Part shown: positions 1 through 9,920 of the stretch, piece after piece
Numbering within the stretch: the stretch's first letter is position 1
Layout: every line of letters starts with the position of its first letter
Assembly: GCA_964512635.1 (NCBI GenBank)
Contig: CAZEJB010000004.1
Coordinates: 51,822 to 115,821, forward strand
Length of the DNA stretch: 64,000 nucleotides
Reading direction: 5' to 3'
Origin: an uncultured Planctomycetales bacterium
Lineage (GTDB): Bacteria; 4484-113; JAFGCY01
The notes under the pieces: generated by a model
Seen by the model: the letters and a program-made list of their open reading frames with translations, nothing else
Databases searched by the model: none
Told to the model about the DNA's origin: nothing
Made by a program: the position numbers and the translations under genes

Positions 1-8
1 CGGCCGAT

Positions 9-1127
9 ATGCGATATATGGGGAGAAACGCTACACCCAGACTATTTTGGCTGGCGGGGCTGGCTATCCTGCTGCTGCTGCTGCTCAGCGGTCCAGCCTG
101 GGCCGCAAGACGCAGTCGCAGCGAAACATGCCCGCTGGCGCCGCTTCCACGACTGACGACCCTGGATATGCCTGACGCGGCTGCAGCGCCCTTGTTGAGC
201 AGCGAAGACCTGCAGTCAATTGCACCGCCAGGATTTACCCTGGAGAGCGGTCCTGGAAACCCGGACGAGTTTGCCCTTGGCGGGGGCCTGTGTCTGAATG
301 CCGATGCTTCAAGCCTTCTGGTCCGCCTTGCCGTCGGGCCGGCCCGGGAAAGCGCGGGCCTGTTTTTCTATGGCAGCGACGGCCGGTTCTGGAATGAAGC
401 CCAGAAGGTGTATCCAGCCTACCAGTGCAAGATCAGCCTCAGAAGCAGCCCGCGTGATGCCAGAGAGGTATTGCTGCAGTCCTTTGACACGGCCGCGCAT
501 AACGCTTTTGTGCGCGCGCTGGAGTCGCCACTGCCTCGCAGGGGGCAGCCGGAGATGGCGAGCGGACTGCGGGCTGACCTGAATGTCTGCAGCAGCGACA
601 AGCTGTCACGCGGCAGGGAGTTTCTGGCCTGGGATGAATGGTGCGGGGCCGGGGTCGAGGGGCGGCATGCCAGCGAGAGGCGCGGCGAGTTGCAGGCAGT
701 CATCCGCATCGGGGGGAAGCACTACCTGCTGTGCCTTGGCTTCAGCGCCGAAGGCTGCTGTAACGATCTGGCGCTGACTCGCAACATCGCGGCCTGCCTG
801 GCCAGCCGTCTGGCTGGCAGCAGCTACGAACCCTGGACCTACCTGGCTGAGACTCCGCTGGAGCCCGGCTGGGCCGCGAGCGCCGTGGACATGCCTGTCG
901 AGACAGCGCCCCGAACGATGGACGTCCCTTCGCTGGAAGCGCTTTTCGGTTCTGCAGCCACCGGGGCCCCTGCGCCTCGCACAGAAGACTCGCTCGACCC
1001 TGACGAGCTCGAAGGGTCAATGGAGGCCGAGCAGGCTGCTCAGAGTTCCGGCGAGCAGTGGACCTCGCCCAGTTCAGGCGAACAGTGGACGGAGCCAACA
1101 TCCGGCGAACTGTGGGCTGAGCGCTAA
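9..1127 (+). CDS. secreted hypothetical protein (signal peptide; C-terminal tandem SGEQWT-like repeats)
   Basis: ORF track, 372 aa. MGRNATPRLFWLAGLAILLLLLLSGPAWA is a classic cleavable signal peptide. Three imperfect ~27-bp repeats at nt ~1059-1125 encode SSGEQWTSP/SSGEQWTEP/TSGELWAER. No catalytic motif recognised. Confidence 0.45.
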   Translation: MRYMGRNATPRLFWLAGLAILLLLLLSGPAWAARRSRSETCPLAPLPRLTTLDMPDAAAAPLLSSEDLQSIAPPGFTLESGPGNPDEFALGGGLCLNADASSLLVRLAVGPARESAGLFFYGSDGRFWNEAQKVYPAYQCKISLRSSPRDAREVLLQSFDTAAHNAFVRALESPLPRRGQPEMASGLRADLNVCSSDKLSRGREFLAWDEWCGAGVEGRHASERRGELQAVIRIGGKHYLLCLGFSAEGCCNDLALTRNIAACLASRLAGSSYEPWTYLAETPLEPGWAASAVDMPVETAPRTMDVPSLEALFGSAATGAPAPRTEDSLDPDELEGSMEAEQAAQSSGEQWTSPSSGEQWTEPTSGELWAER

Positions 1128-1152
1128 ACTTCACGCTGCTAGAATCCCGCGC

Positions 1153-2301
1153 GTGCGGCGCATTCTCCTTCTGGGCTACTTCGGGGCCTCAAACCTCGGC
1201 GACGACTGCCTGCTGGCGGATTTCCTCTGCGCGCACTGCGATTTTCTGCGGGCTGGCGAGTTTGAGGCCGATGTCGTTTACAACGGCACGCCGCCACTGG
1301 CTGGTTTTATAGAAAGATCTCAACTGGAACCGCTGCTTGGCGAGTGTATCGACAAGAAGGAACTCCTGAGCCGCAAGCTTGACGACTATGCTGCGCTGGT
1401 GCTGCCGGGCGGCAGTGTTCTTCAGGACAGCAGCAGCCTGAAGAGCCTGCTGTTTTATCTGGAGGTCATTCGCCGCGCGGCGGGGCAGGGTGTGCCGGTC
1501 TGCCTGCTGCATCAGGGTATCGGCCCGCTCAGCTCCTGGCTCGGACGCGCGCTGACGCCGCGCTGGCTGCGCCGCAGCGCGCTGCTGAGCCTGCGTGATG
1601 AGCAGAGCTTTGAATGGGCCAGGACCACCGTGCGGCAGCTCAGCAATGGTTCCTCGCCCCTGCTCTCTGCCGATCCGGTGCTGCTGGGACGTCTGCAGGC
1701 CGATCCGGCACTTTTACCCGGTGGTCTGGAACCGGGAAAGTACCTCCTTTGCGCACCTCGGCCGACTGGCGATCTGCCGCATCGTGCCGATCCAACCAGC
1801 GAAGCCGAGGCCCTGGCCAGGTTGCTGAAATCTGCGTCGGACAGCAGCGGGCTGCCTGTCGTGCTGGTAGCTTTCCAGCCATCGGCAGATATGGCTTTCT
1901 GCCAGGAAGTCGCCCGGCTGGTCGGTCCGCAGGGGCAGCTTTATACGTGTCCGCCGCAGGCGGCCGGCAAGGAGGCCAGCGCGGTGCTTAGCCTGGTGCG
2001 CGGCGCGGGCCTGCTGGTGGGCTACAGGCTGCATAGCCTGGTCCTGGCCGCTTCTGCGGGAGTGCCGGCGATGGGCGTGGCCTACGACCCGAAGGTCAGC
2101 GCCTTCTGCGAAGAGCTTGACTATCCCTGCTGCTATCCTGCTGAGGTTCATGAACAGCACACGCTCGAACAGTTGTCCGGCTTGTGGAATGCACGAAGCG
2201 AGGCGAGCCGCAACACAGCCCAGCGCCGCGAGCCCCTGCTCGCACGGATTGCTGCGGCTGAGCAGCAGTTCCTCGAGATTCTTGAGGCCAGGCGCGCCTA
2301 G
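1153..2301 (+). CDS. polysaccharide pyruvyl transferase family protein (CsaB/WcaK-like)
   Basis: N-terminal RILLLGYFGASNLGDDCLL matches the G-Y-[YF]-G-x-x-N-x-G-D-[DE] hallmark of the polysaccharide pyruvyl transferase family. 382 aa is a typical length. Confidence 0.6.
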   Translation: MRRILLLGYFGASNLGDDCLLADFLCAHCDFLRAGEFEADVVYNGTPPLAGFIERSQLEPLLGECIDKKELLSRKLDDYAALVLPGGSVLQDSSSLKSLLFYLEVIRRAAGQGVPVCLLHQGIGPLSSWLGRALTPRWLRRSALLSLRDEQSFEWARTTVRQLSNGSSPLLSADPVLLGRLQADPALLPGGLEPGKYLLCAPRPTGDLPHRADPTSEAEALARLLKSASDSSGLPVVLVAFQPSADMAFCQEVARLVGPQGQLYTCPPQAAGKEASAVLSLVRGAGLLVGYRLHSLVLAASAGVPAMGVAYDPKVSAFCEELDYPCCYPAEVHEQHTLEQLSGLWNARSEASRNTAQRREPLLARIAAAEQQFLEILEARRA

Positions 2302-2302
2302 G

Positions 2303-3268
2303 CTGGCTTCCGCCCTGCTGATTCTTGTGCTGCTAGGCTGGACCAGCCTGGCCAGCGCGGCGGTCAAGGTGAACATCGAAGCGCGATTCAAGCCTGAAGC
2401 GGGCTTCATCGCTGACGCGGCAATCATGGGCAACGGGCATATCGGTCTGGCCTATCCTGACGCCGGTCATATCTGCGAATACACCCCTGACGGGCATCTG
2501 TACAAGCATCTGGTCCGCGAGGCCGGTGTGGATCTGCCTTTTCGGCCCAGTGTTTGCATTGCCGGGCCCGGCGACGACATCCTGGTTTATGACGAGTCCG
2601 AACAGGCGGTTTTTGAGGTCGAGCCGGACGGCAATTTCAGCAAGGGGCTGACTCTGGCGTACGCGGAGGCTGGTGGCAAGACTGTGGCGCTGTCCAAGGT
2701 TGGCGACCTGGCCTGGCGTCCGGAGATTCGAAATGGTCAGCCGATTTCGACATCCAAAGGTTACCTGACCTGGGCTATGTTGCCCGAGCGCGGGGAATTC
2801 GCGGCCTTTAACGGCAAAGGTAAGCAGGTCAGCGTGATGTCCCTGAGCCACCTGCTGCCCTATGAGGATGCTATGTATACCCGCGCCCAGTGGGGCCCGG
2901 ATGGCGCCTTGTTTGTGCTGGATTATGCCCAGGGCGCTGTGCTGTACCAGCGCGGTGGCGGCAAGGATTTCCGGCGCATCCGGGTGATCCAGCCACCCAA
3001 GGCCACTGCCGGCGGCGAGTTCAGCATCAGTGCTGCGCCCACACTACAGGACTTCGCAGTAGATGAGGAAGGCAACATCGTTGCGGCGACCACCGATGAG
3101 AAAAAGGCGCTGATGCTGCTCACGCCGGGTAACAAAGGTTATGACAGCCGCCGAATTGACCTCAAGCTGGATCAGCCCGGGCGCCTGGCTGTGCGCTACA
3201 GCCGCGGGCGGTTCATCGTCTGGCAGCGTGACGCTCCGGAGGTGCTGGTATTAAGGCTGCAGCCTTGA
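2303..3268 (+). CDS. exported hypothetical protein (start codon uncertain)
   Basis: The track frame 2117..3268 overlaps the upstream gene. The hydrophobic signal-like segment LASALLILVLLGWTSLASA begins immediately after the upstream stop at 2301. Only CTG (2303) or GTG (2327) starts are available there. Function unknown. Confidence 0.35.
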   Translation: MASALLILVLLGWTSLASAAVKVNIEARFKPEAGFIADAAIMGNGHIGLAYPDAGHICEYTPDGHLYKHLVREAGVDLPFRPSVCIAGPGDDILVYDESEQAVFEVEPDGNFSKGLTLAYAEAGGKTVALSKVGDLAWRPEIRNGQPISTSKGYLTWAMLPERGEFAAFNGKGKQVSVMSLSHLLPYEDAMYTRAQWGPDGALFVLDYAQGAVLYQRGGGKDFRRIRVIQPPKATAGGEFSISAAPTLQDFAVDEEGNIVAATTDEKKALMLLTPGNKGYDSRRIDLKLDQPGRLAVRYSRGRFIVWQRDAPEVLVLRLQP

Positions 3269-5061
3269 GGTGCGAGTACCTTCGACGCTGGCTGTTGCCG
3301 GCAGGCCTGCTCCTGCTGGTCCTTGCGGGCTGTGGCGGGGGCGGGGGCGGCGATCCACTGCCACAGGACAACCTGATAATGACGGTGGTGGTCAACCCCC
3401 AAGGAGGGGGATCCAAGGCGGGCATCGCCGTTTTGCTGGGTCTCAGCCTCAAGCTGACAGATGCCGCGGGAACGGTTCAGTTTGCAGGCCTGACACCGGG
3501 GAGTTACACGCTGAGTCTGCAGCACCCGGACGGGCGCTTCACCTGCCAGTCTGTCCAGCTTGAAGATGCCCAGCGGCGCTTTGATTTCTCCCTGGGAAGC
3601 TCCGACGCGAGCGCGGTGAACGAGTTGCAGCCATTTATGGGGGCTACCGCTGAGCTGGACACGAGCATCTCCATGCACAGCGCGCTGGTTCTGGATCCCG
3701 CGACTGTTGATTCCGATGACTTCACGGTTACGCCGGATATCGGCCCCTACCGCCTGGAGCTGGTCGGCGCTGATCTGGTCCTGACACCCCTGCTGCAGCT
3801 GGCACCTTCTCAGACATATCTGTTTGACTTCACTGGCAATATCAGTGGTATCAGCGGCGGGCAACTGGCAAAGCCGCTGCGTTTCCTGCTTCGCACTGCC
3901 GCCACTGATGCCGCCGAGCCCAAACTGCTGAGTACCACGCCGGCCGATGGGGCGGTCAACTTTGCCACCAACCGCCCGGTGGTCTTCAGTTACAACGAAA
4001 CTCTTGACCCAGGTTCACTGCTTACGGCGAGCAGCACGCCTGAAGCAGACCTGCAGGTGGCCATCAGCGGGAGAAACGTCAGCGTTCGAGCGGTTGGTAA
4101 CTGGGAGCTGCAGACGGCGTACGTGGTGGAGGTGGCAGGCCTGCGTGATCTTGCAGGTAACGCCCGCGGCGGGACAGACAGCGTCAGCTTTAGCAGTGGC
4201 TCGCAGGCCGCGCCGGTCAACAACCAGCAGCCTGACTGGAACCGGGTTACGGACAGCATTGTGTTCTCTTCTGATCTGGCCGGGACATTTGACGTCTGGG
4301 CGGTCGATTCAGATGGGACTAACCTGCGTCAGCTGACCAGCGACCCGGGCAATGAATTCAGCCCGAGCCTGAGCTCTGATGGCGCTCTGCTCTGCTGGCA
4401 GGCAGTGGGTGCGGGCGGCGATTTCGATATCTTCGTCGCGGATGTTGCGGATGGGGATGCTTCGGACGGGCTGGCTGTCACGGCGGCGCCTTTCAACGAC
4501 CGCCAGCCGGTCTTCAGCCGAACCTTCAGCCGGGCGATCTTCTTTGTCTCCGACCGTTCCAATCCGGCCAGCCTCTACAGCATCGATTCCTCCGGCGGTT
4601 CACTGACTGCACTGGACTTCAATTTTGCTTCGGGTCAGGCCGACCCGGCACCACATCCGCTGCTGGACACTCAGCTGTTGTTCACCAGCGGTCGCGCCGG
4701 CAGCAATGACATCTGGAGAATGCTGCGCAGTGTCATCGACAACGAGGTAATCGATACCAATCTGACCGACGATCTGCTGGCTCAGGAGAGCCAGCCCGAC
4801 TGGCTGGCCGACGCCAGCGGGTATGTTTACATCTCCAACCGCAGCGGCTCCGACAATCTGTGGCTGGGAGATTTCTCCGGCGGGCTTGAGCGCCAGGTGA
4901 CCAACTTTGACCGCGCCGTGTCTTCGCCATCAGTGTCACCCTTCGCCGGCGAGTCGCTCTGTGCGCTGAGCCTGGCCAATGAGGAAGGCGGCCGGGATAT
5001 CGTTATCATTGAGCTGGTGGGTGGCAGCATTGTGAGCAACCTGACCGGCGGGGGATTCTAG
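3265..5061 (+). CDS. lipoprotein with Ig-like region and TolB-like (PD40) beta-propeller repeats
   Basis: Signal peptide plus lipobox LLVLAGC, followed by a poly-Gly linker (CGGGGGGD). Repeated motifs FDVWAVDSDG, FDIFVADVADG, SNDIWRM and DNLWLGD resemble PD40/TolB blades. TTG start overlaps the upstream stop (TTGA). Confidence 0.5.
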   Translation: MRCEYLRRWLLPAGLLLLVLAGCGGGGGGDPLPQDNLIMTVVVNPQGGGSKAGIAVLLGLSLKLTDAAGTVQFAGLTPGSYTLSLQHPDGRFTCQSVQLEDAQRRFDFSLGSSDASAVNELQPFMGATAELDTSISMHSALVLDPATVDSDDFTVTPDIGPYRLELVGADLVLTPLLQLAPSQTYLFDFTGNISGISGGQLAKPLRFLLRTAATDAAEPKLLSTTPADGAVNFATNRPVVFSYNETLDPGSLLTASSTPEADLQVAISGRNVSVRAVGNWELQTAYVVEVAGLRDLAGNARGGTDSVSFSSGSQAAPVNNQQPDWNRVTDSIVFSSDLAGTFDVWAVDSDGTNLRQLTSDPGNEFSPSLSSDGALLCWQAVGAGGDFDIFVADVADGDASDGLAVTAAPFNDRQPVFSRTFSRAIFFVSDRSNPASLYSIDSSGGSLTALDFNFASGQADPAPHPLLDTQLLFTSGRAGSNDIWRMLRSVIDNEVIDTNLTDDLLAQESQPDWLADASGYVYISNRSGSDNLWLGDFSGGLERQVTNFDRAVSSPSVSPFAGESLCALSLANEEGGRDIVIIELVGGSIVSNLTGGGF

Positions 5062-6374
5062 TGGCGGAAATTGTCACCGGCCGGCCGCAACTGGCGGGCC
5101 ATACCGCACTGCTGGTGGTCAGCCACCTCAGCGAGCTTGCGCGCCGGGCCCTGGCCCGCAGCCGCTTCCGCAAGGGTGACGGCGACAAGCAGGTCAACAA
5201 GTTCGGCGGCGAGGCCGTGCCAGAGGAAGCCATCGATGAACTGGTTGAAATCGGCACCATCGATACGGCGGACCCGCAGGACGAGGAAGCGCTCAGCGCG
5301 CGGGAGGCCGAGACCTACGACTTTATTGAGCTTTGCGTCGCTGCTGGCCTGCGGATTGGCACGACCCTGGAGTACAACGTCAAGCAGCTCACGCCAAAGC
5401 TGTTTATCGGCAGTGGCCAGTTTGAGACCATCAAGGAGGCGGCTGAACTTGAGGCCCCTGAACTGATTGCCACTAGCGCGCCGCTTAGCCCGGTGCACCA
5501 GCGCAACTGGGAGGCCGACCTCAAGCTTCCGGTTCTGAGCCGCTACGACATCATCTTCAGCATCTTTGAGCAGAACGCGCATACAGCTGAAGGGAAGATG
5601 CAGGTCGAACTGGCCCGCCTGAAGTATGAGCTGCCGCGCATCGTGCGCAGCTATGAGCAGCTTGACCCCCTGGCCGGCGGTATCGGCAGTCTGGGTCCTG
5701 GCGAACAGCTGACCGAGCGTATCAAGCGCCGCCACCGGCGCCGGATTTTTGAGATCGAGCAGCGGCTGGAGAAACTGCGGGAAGAGCGCACACTGCGTCG
5801 CTTGAAGCGCAGCCGCGCCGGTGTCTTCATCACAAGCATCGTTGGCTACACGAATGTTGGTAAGAGCACGCTGTTGAACCGCCTGACCGGCAGCGGCGTG
5901 ATTGTCGCCGACCAGTACTTCGCGACCCTGGATCCCACCGCCCGTGCGCTCTACCTGCCCGACGGCCAGCGTATGCTGCTGACCGACACGGTGGGCTTTA
6001 TCGATGACCTGCCCCGCGAGCTGCTGACCTCTTTCCGGGCAACCCTGGACGAGATGCAGGGCAGTCACCTGCTGCTGCATCTGGCGGATGCCAGCCATCC
6101 GCGGGTCGAGGCGCAGATCGCAGCGGTACACAAAATTGTGGCCGAGATTGGCCTGGGCGAAGTGCCGGGACTGCTGGTCTTCAACAAGTGCGACCGCGTG
6201 GACGAACGGACGCGCGCGCAGCTGGCATCGCGGCACCCGGACGCCCTGTTTGTCAGCGCGATGGACGGAGAAGGAGTATTTGAACTTCTGGAGGAGCTGG
6301 CGCGCCTGCGGGAAATGCTCGACCCCGGACCGCCGGTACCAAAAGAAAAGGAAGTTCCGTGGTGGGACCAGTAG
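5061..6374 (+). CDS. hflX: GTPase HflX
   Basis: HflX N-domain pattern (ELARLKYELPRI, GGIGSLGPGEQ) and G-domain motifs: G1 VGYTNVGKSTLLNRLTG, G3 DTVGFI, G4 FNKCD. GTG start at the upstream stop. Confidence 0.85.
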   Translation: MAEIVTGRPQLAGHTALLVVSHLSELARRALARSRFRKGDGDKQVNKFGGEAVPEEAIDELVEIGTIDTADPQDEEALSAREAETYDFIELCVAAGLRIGTTLEYNVKQLTPKLFIGSGQFETIKEAAELEAPELIATSAPLSPVHQRNWEADLKLPVLSRYDIIFSIFEQNAHTAEGKMQVELARLKYELPRIVRSYEQLDPLAGGIGSLGPGEQLTERIKRRHRRRIFEIEQRLEKLREERTLRRLKRSRAGVFITSIVGYTNVGKSTLLNRLTGSGVIVADQYFATLDPTARALYLPDGQRMLLTDTVGFIDDLPRELLTSFRATLDEMQGSHLLLHLADASHPRVEAQIAAVHKIVAEIGLGEVPGLLVFNKCDRVDERTRAQLASRHPDALFVSAMDGEGVFELLEELARLREMLDPGPPVPKEKEVPWWDQ

Positions 6375-6557
6375 TGCGGCTGCCGATTGCGTCGGCTTGC
6401 CCGCCAGCGGCGTAGGTAAGCGGCGTGACTAATGGACCGCGGACAATGCGCGTCCTCTGAATGCGCAGCCCGGGCTTCAAGAACGACCGCACAAGGCAAG
6501 CATCCAATATCGTCCGCATACAATAGTGCTCTTCAACTTCCAAAGCGGAGTAACTGC

Positions 6558-9284
6558 ATGATCAAGGCCCCCAGGTTCCAGTTCACTGCGCCATACAGGT
6601 TTCTGGTCCTGGCGCTGCTCGCGCTGTTTTCCACTCTGCTCGCAGCGACAGATGTTCACGCCTGTCGTTACTGCACGCAAGCAGAGCAGTTTGGCAGCGC
6701 AATGGCCCCTGAGCAGCGTCAGTATGTCGCACCGGACCGCAATTTCAGCACAAAGCACATTAGCCTGGACCTGGATCTGGATGTGCGGGGCGGGACAATT
6801 GCTGGCAGCGTCACCCACACGCTGGAAGTGCTCAAGCCGGGTGCGCAGGAGCTAAGACTGAATGCGGTTGCGTTGACAATCGATGGTGTTTCGATTGATG
6901 GGGTCCCCGTCAAGTATGAGTACCCGGTCACCGACTGGCAGGAAACATCACCCGACGGGATATGGATCGCCGGGGCCACCCTGGGCGACTCTCACGATGG
7001 CCTCGTTGTGCATGCGGCCGCGCCGCTTACCCGTGGCCAGCAGATCAAGCTAAAGGTTGACTATCACGGTGCGCCCAAGGAAGGGCTGTACTTCATCACG
7101 CCGGATGATGGTCTGGCCGGCTCGCGTCCTGAGGTCTGGAGCCAGGGCGAGGGCGAGCGCAACCGCTACTGGATTCCATGCTTCGACTACCCCAATGAGA
7201 AGGCCACCTTCGACGGCACCTTCCGCGTCGACCCGGACATGCAGGTACTGTCCAACGGGCGGCTGGATGGCGTCAGCACCATCAATAGCAAGAGCCAGTT
7301 CCACTGGGTGCTGGAGCAGCCGCAGGTGACTTACCTGATCATGGTCGCCGCCGGGGACTACGAGGTCTACAAGGACAACTGGCGCGGGAAGGACGTGACT
7401 TACTACGTCCCGCCGGGCACCGGCGAGGAGATGGCCCGGGATGTCTTCAAACAGACACCGGACATGCTGGACTGCTTCAGCGACGCGCTGGGGATCGAGT
7501 ATCCATTCGACAAGTACGCCCAGGTCGTCGTACAGAACTTCATCTTCGGCGGGATGGAAAACACCAGTGCGACCGTGCTTAACAGCCGCACCCTCTACGA
7601 CCGCCGCGCACTGCTCAGCCGCGACGGCGAGGATCTGATCGCCCATGAACTGGCGCACCAGTGGTGGGGCGACATGGTGACCCTGCGCGAGTGGAACCAC
7701 ATGTGGCTCAATGAAGGCTTCGCCACTTTCTTCCAGAAGTACTACAAGCAGCACCATAAGGGCGATGACGAGTATGTCTATGACTTCGACGGTGCGCACA
7801 GCGAGGTGATCGGCGCGGACGCTGATGCGCGCCCGATGGTGGTGGACTTTTTCAACCGCACCGACGCGCGCTCCAGCAGCAATGTCTATCCCAAGGGCGC
7901 GACCGTGCTGGACATGCTGCGCCAGTACCTTGGCGACGAGGTCTTCTTTGACGCGCTGCACCGCTATGGCACGGAGATGCGCTTCAAGAACGCCGATACC
8001 CAGGACTTGATGCGGGCCTTCCGCGACGCCAGCGGCGAGAACCTCGACTGGTTTTTTGAGCAGTGGGTCTATCTGGCCGGCCACCCGGATCTGCGAGTCA
8101 GCAAGAGCTGGGACAGCGGGCGTGGCATGCTGACGCTGAAAGTGGAGCAGACTCAGGCGCAGAGCAACCTGGTACCCCTGTTCCGCCTGCCGCTGGATGT
8201 GGAGATCAGCTGCGCGGAGAAGACTGAGAACTTCCGCATTCTTGTCAGCCAGCAGAGCCAGGAGTTCAACTTCCGCCTGCCCAGCGCGCCGCTGATGGTG
8301 CTCTTCGACAAGGGCGGGCATACGCTCAAGACCCTCGACTTCCCACGCAGCGTGGAAGAGCTGGTTTACCAGCTCGACCACGGCGACACCTTTGGCCGCA
8401 TCGAAGCCGCCCGCGGGCTCGGCGCCCTGGGGGAAAATGACACGGCCTTTGAGGCCCTCAAGCGTACGCTGATGGCGGATGGCTTCTGGGGCATGCGCAA
8501 GGAATGCGCCAGGGCTCTGCGGGCCAGCGGGCACCAGCAGGCTCCGGCAGCGCTGCTGGCAGCCCTGGACAGCCCGGATGCCAAGGTGCGCGAAGCGGCG
8601 GCGGATGCTCTGGGTGGCAAGAAGAACACGCCGGAGCTCGAGGCCAAGCTGCTGTGGCTGCTGGACAACGACGAGGCCTATTGGGTGCGCAGCGAAGCGC
8701 TGGAGAGCCTGTGCCAGTGCAAGTCGGAAAAGGCTTACAGCGCCTGCATCGCAGCCCTGGAGCAGGATAGTGAGAACGAAACCGTGCGCGCGACGGCACT
8801 CAGCCAGCTCGGCAGCATGGACCCGCTGCCTGAGGGGGTCGACCGCGCGGCGCTGCTTGAGACTCTGGCGCAGTACGCGACGGCAGCTAACAGCCGCGAA
8901 TACCGCCACAACGCGATCAACGCCTATGCCGCGCAGGCCAGCCGCCTGAAGGACGCCGAGGCAAAGGGCAAGGCGGCTGACTTCCTGCTGCCGATGCTGG
9001 ATGACTGGTACGTCAATACTCGCAGCACCGTGATTGGCGCTGTGCAAAACATCGGGGATTTACGAGCGATCGATCAGCTGCGCCGCATGTCGACGCAGGA
9101 CCCGGTGGAACGTATCCGCAACCAGGCGAAGGGCGCTGCAAGCAATATTGCTGCCCGCGTCGACCCGCAGACCAGCCTGGACGAGCTGAAGGCTCAGATG
9201 AAGGCGATGCAGGACGAGATTGAAGCGCTGAAGAAGGGCTATGGCGAGGTCAAGGAGAAGCAGGCCGAACAGCCGGTGAAGTAG
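6558..9284 (+). CDS. M1-family aminopeptidase N-like zinc metallopeptidase with C-terminal HEAT-repeat module
   Basis: GAMEN exopeptidase motif (FGGMENTSAT), HEXXH zinc motif (HELAHQWWGD) and the downstream WLNEGFATF third-ligand glutamate. N-terminal MIKAPRFQFTAPYRFLVLALLALFSTLLAA is signal-like, with GGAG 8 nt upstream of the ATG at 6558. The C-terminal ~300 aa are repetitive Ala/Leu/Asp HEAT-like repeats followed by a coiled-coil tail. Confidence 0.85.
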   Translation: MIKAPRFQFTAPYRFLVLALLALFSTLLAATDVHACRYCTQAEQFGSAMAPEQRQYVAPDRNFSTKHISLDLDLDVRGGTIAGSVTHTLEVLKPGAQELRLNAVALTIDGVSIDGVPVKYEYPVTDWQETSPDGIWIAGATLGDSHDGLVVHAAAPLTRGQQIKLKVDYHGAPKEGLYFITPDDGLAGSRPEVWSQGEGERNRYWIPCFDYPNEKATFDGTFRVDPDMQVLSNGRLDGVSTINSKSQFHWVLEQPQVTYLIMVAAGDYEVYKDNWRGKDVTYYVPPGTGEEMARDVFKQTPDMLDCFSDALGIEYPFDKYAQVVVQNFIFGGMENTSATVLNSRTLYDRRALLSRDGEDLIAHELAHQWWGDMVTLREWNHMWLNEGFATFFQKYYKQHHKGDDEYVYDFDGAHSEVIGADADARPMVVDFFNRTDARSSSNVYPKGATVLDMLRQYLGDEVFFDALHRYGTEMRFKNADTQDLMRAFRDASGENLDWFFEQWVYLAGHPDLRVSKSWDSGRGMLTLKVEQTQAQSNLVPLFRLPLDVEISCAEKTENFRILVSQQSQEFNFRLPSAPLMVLFDKGGHTLKTLDFPRSVEELVYQLDHGDTFGRIEAARGLGALGENDTAFEALKRTLMADGFWGMRKECARALRASGHQQAPAALLAALDSPDAKVREAAADALGGKKNTPELEAKLLWLLDNDEAYWVRSEALESLCQCKSEKAYSACIAALEQDSENETVRATALSQLGSMDPLPEGVDRAALLETLAQYATAANSREYRHNAINAYAAQASRLKDAEAKGKAADFLLPMLDDWYVNTRSTVIGAVQNIGDLRAIDQLRRMSTQDPVERIRNQAKGAASNIAARVDPQTSLDELKAQMKAMQDEIEALKKGYGEVKEKQAEQPVK

Positions 9285-9308
9285 GGCGCAGGCGCTATTC
9301 TTCCTGCT

Positions 9309-9911
9309 GTGCGAAACCTCGGATTCAAGATATTCCTCGCTGCGGGCCTGCTGACCCTTGTCCTGGTTTGCAGCGTCATCTGGCGGCAGCACCTCAAACA
9401 GCTTGACCGCAGCATGCAGGCGGAGCAGCTGGCCAGTACTCTTGCTTCTGCGGTAACGCTGTACCTGCAGGATAACGATGGCCGGCTGCCGGCGGATGTG
9501 GCGTCGCTGGAGACAGCCTGGGGACAGGCACTGCCCCGAAACCCGATAACGGGGGAAGCGCTGAATCTGGTCGAAGTGATGCATAACCAGCAGAATTACG
9601 ACATCAGCATTCTGGGGGCCCTGCCAACCAGTCCACCTCCTAAGCCTGGGGAGGAAGGCAAAGTTGTCTCGCCGGTAGTCATTGTGTATGGACAGCCCTT
9701 CTATAAGGGGCTGGACATTGACGGCGACAGTCTGCCGGACCCGGTAATGGCGCACTGGCCGCCGGGTGCCATCGAACAAGAATGGAATTATGTAGATCAT
9801 CAAAACTGGTTGTGTGAATCGCTGTCACAAGTAGTACGGCGTGAAGAGGAGAGGATGCGGGCCGCAGGCGACCGCGGCCAGCTCGACGAGAAAGACAAGC
9901 CAAGGTACTAG
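9309..9911 (+). CDS. hypothetical membrane-anchored/exported protein
   Basis: GTG start. N-terminal hydrophobic segment IFLAAGLLTLVLVCSVIW. Pro-rich stretch PTSPPPKPGEEG. No identifiable domain. Confidence 0.35.
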   Translation: MRNLGFKIFLAAGLLTLVLVCSVIWRQHLKQLDRSMQAEQLASTLASAVTLYLQDNDGRLPADVASLETAWGQALPRNPITGEALNLVEVMHNQQNYDISILGALPTSPPPKPGEEGKVVSPVVIVYGQPFYKGLDIDGDSLPDPVMAHWPPGAIEQEWNYVDHQNWLCESLSQVVRREEERMRAAGDRGQLDEKDKPRY

Positions 9912-9920
9912 GAGCAGAAA

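Noticed and set aside
3335-3356. G-rich tract (GGCGGGGGCGGGGGCGG) as a possible phase-variation slippage site
   Set aside because: Not a pure homopolymer or a short perfect repeat. It encodes the Gly linker after the lipobox Cys, which is common in lipoproteins.
7050-9047. 665-aa ORF on the minus strand
   Set aside because: Lies entirely antisense to the well-supported M1 aminopeptidase gene. The Ala/Arg/Leu/Gln-rich translation is typical of GC-rich antisense frames. The same applies to 5058-6236(-) inside hflX, 50959-52050(-) inside mfd, 22802-23758(+), 38432-39427(+), 44338-45381(+), 55900-56700(+), 59504-60880(+) and 40550-41380(+).
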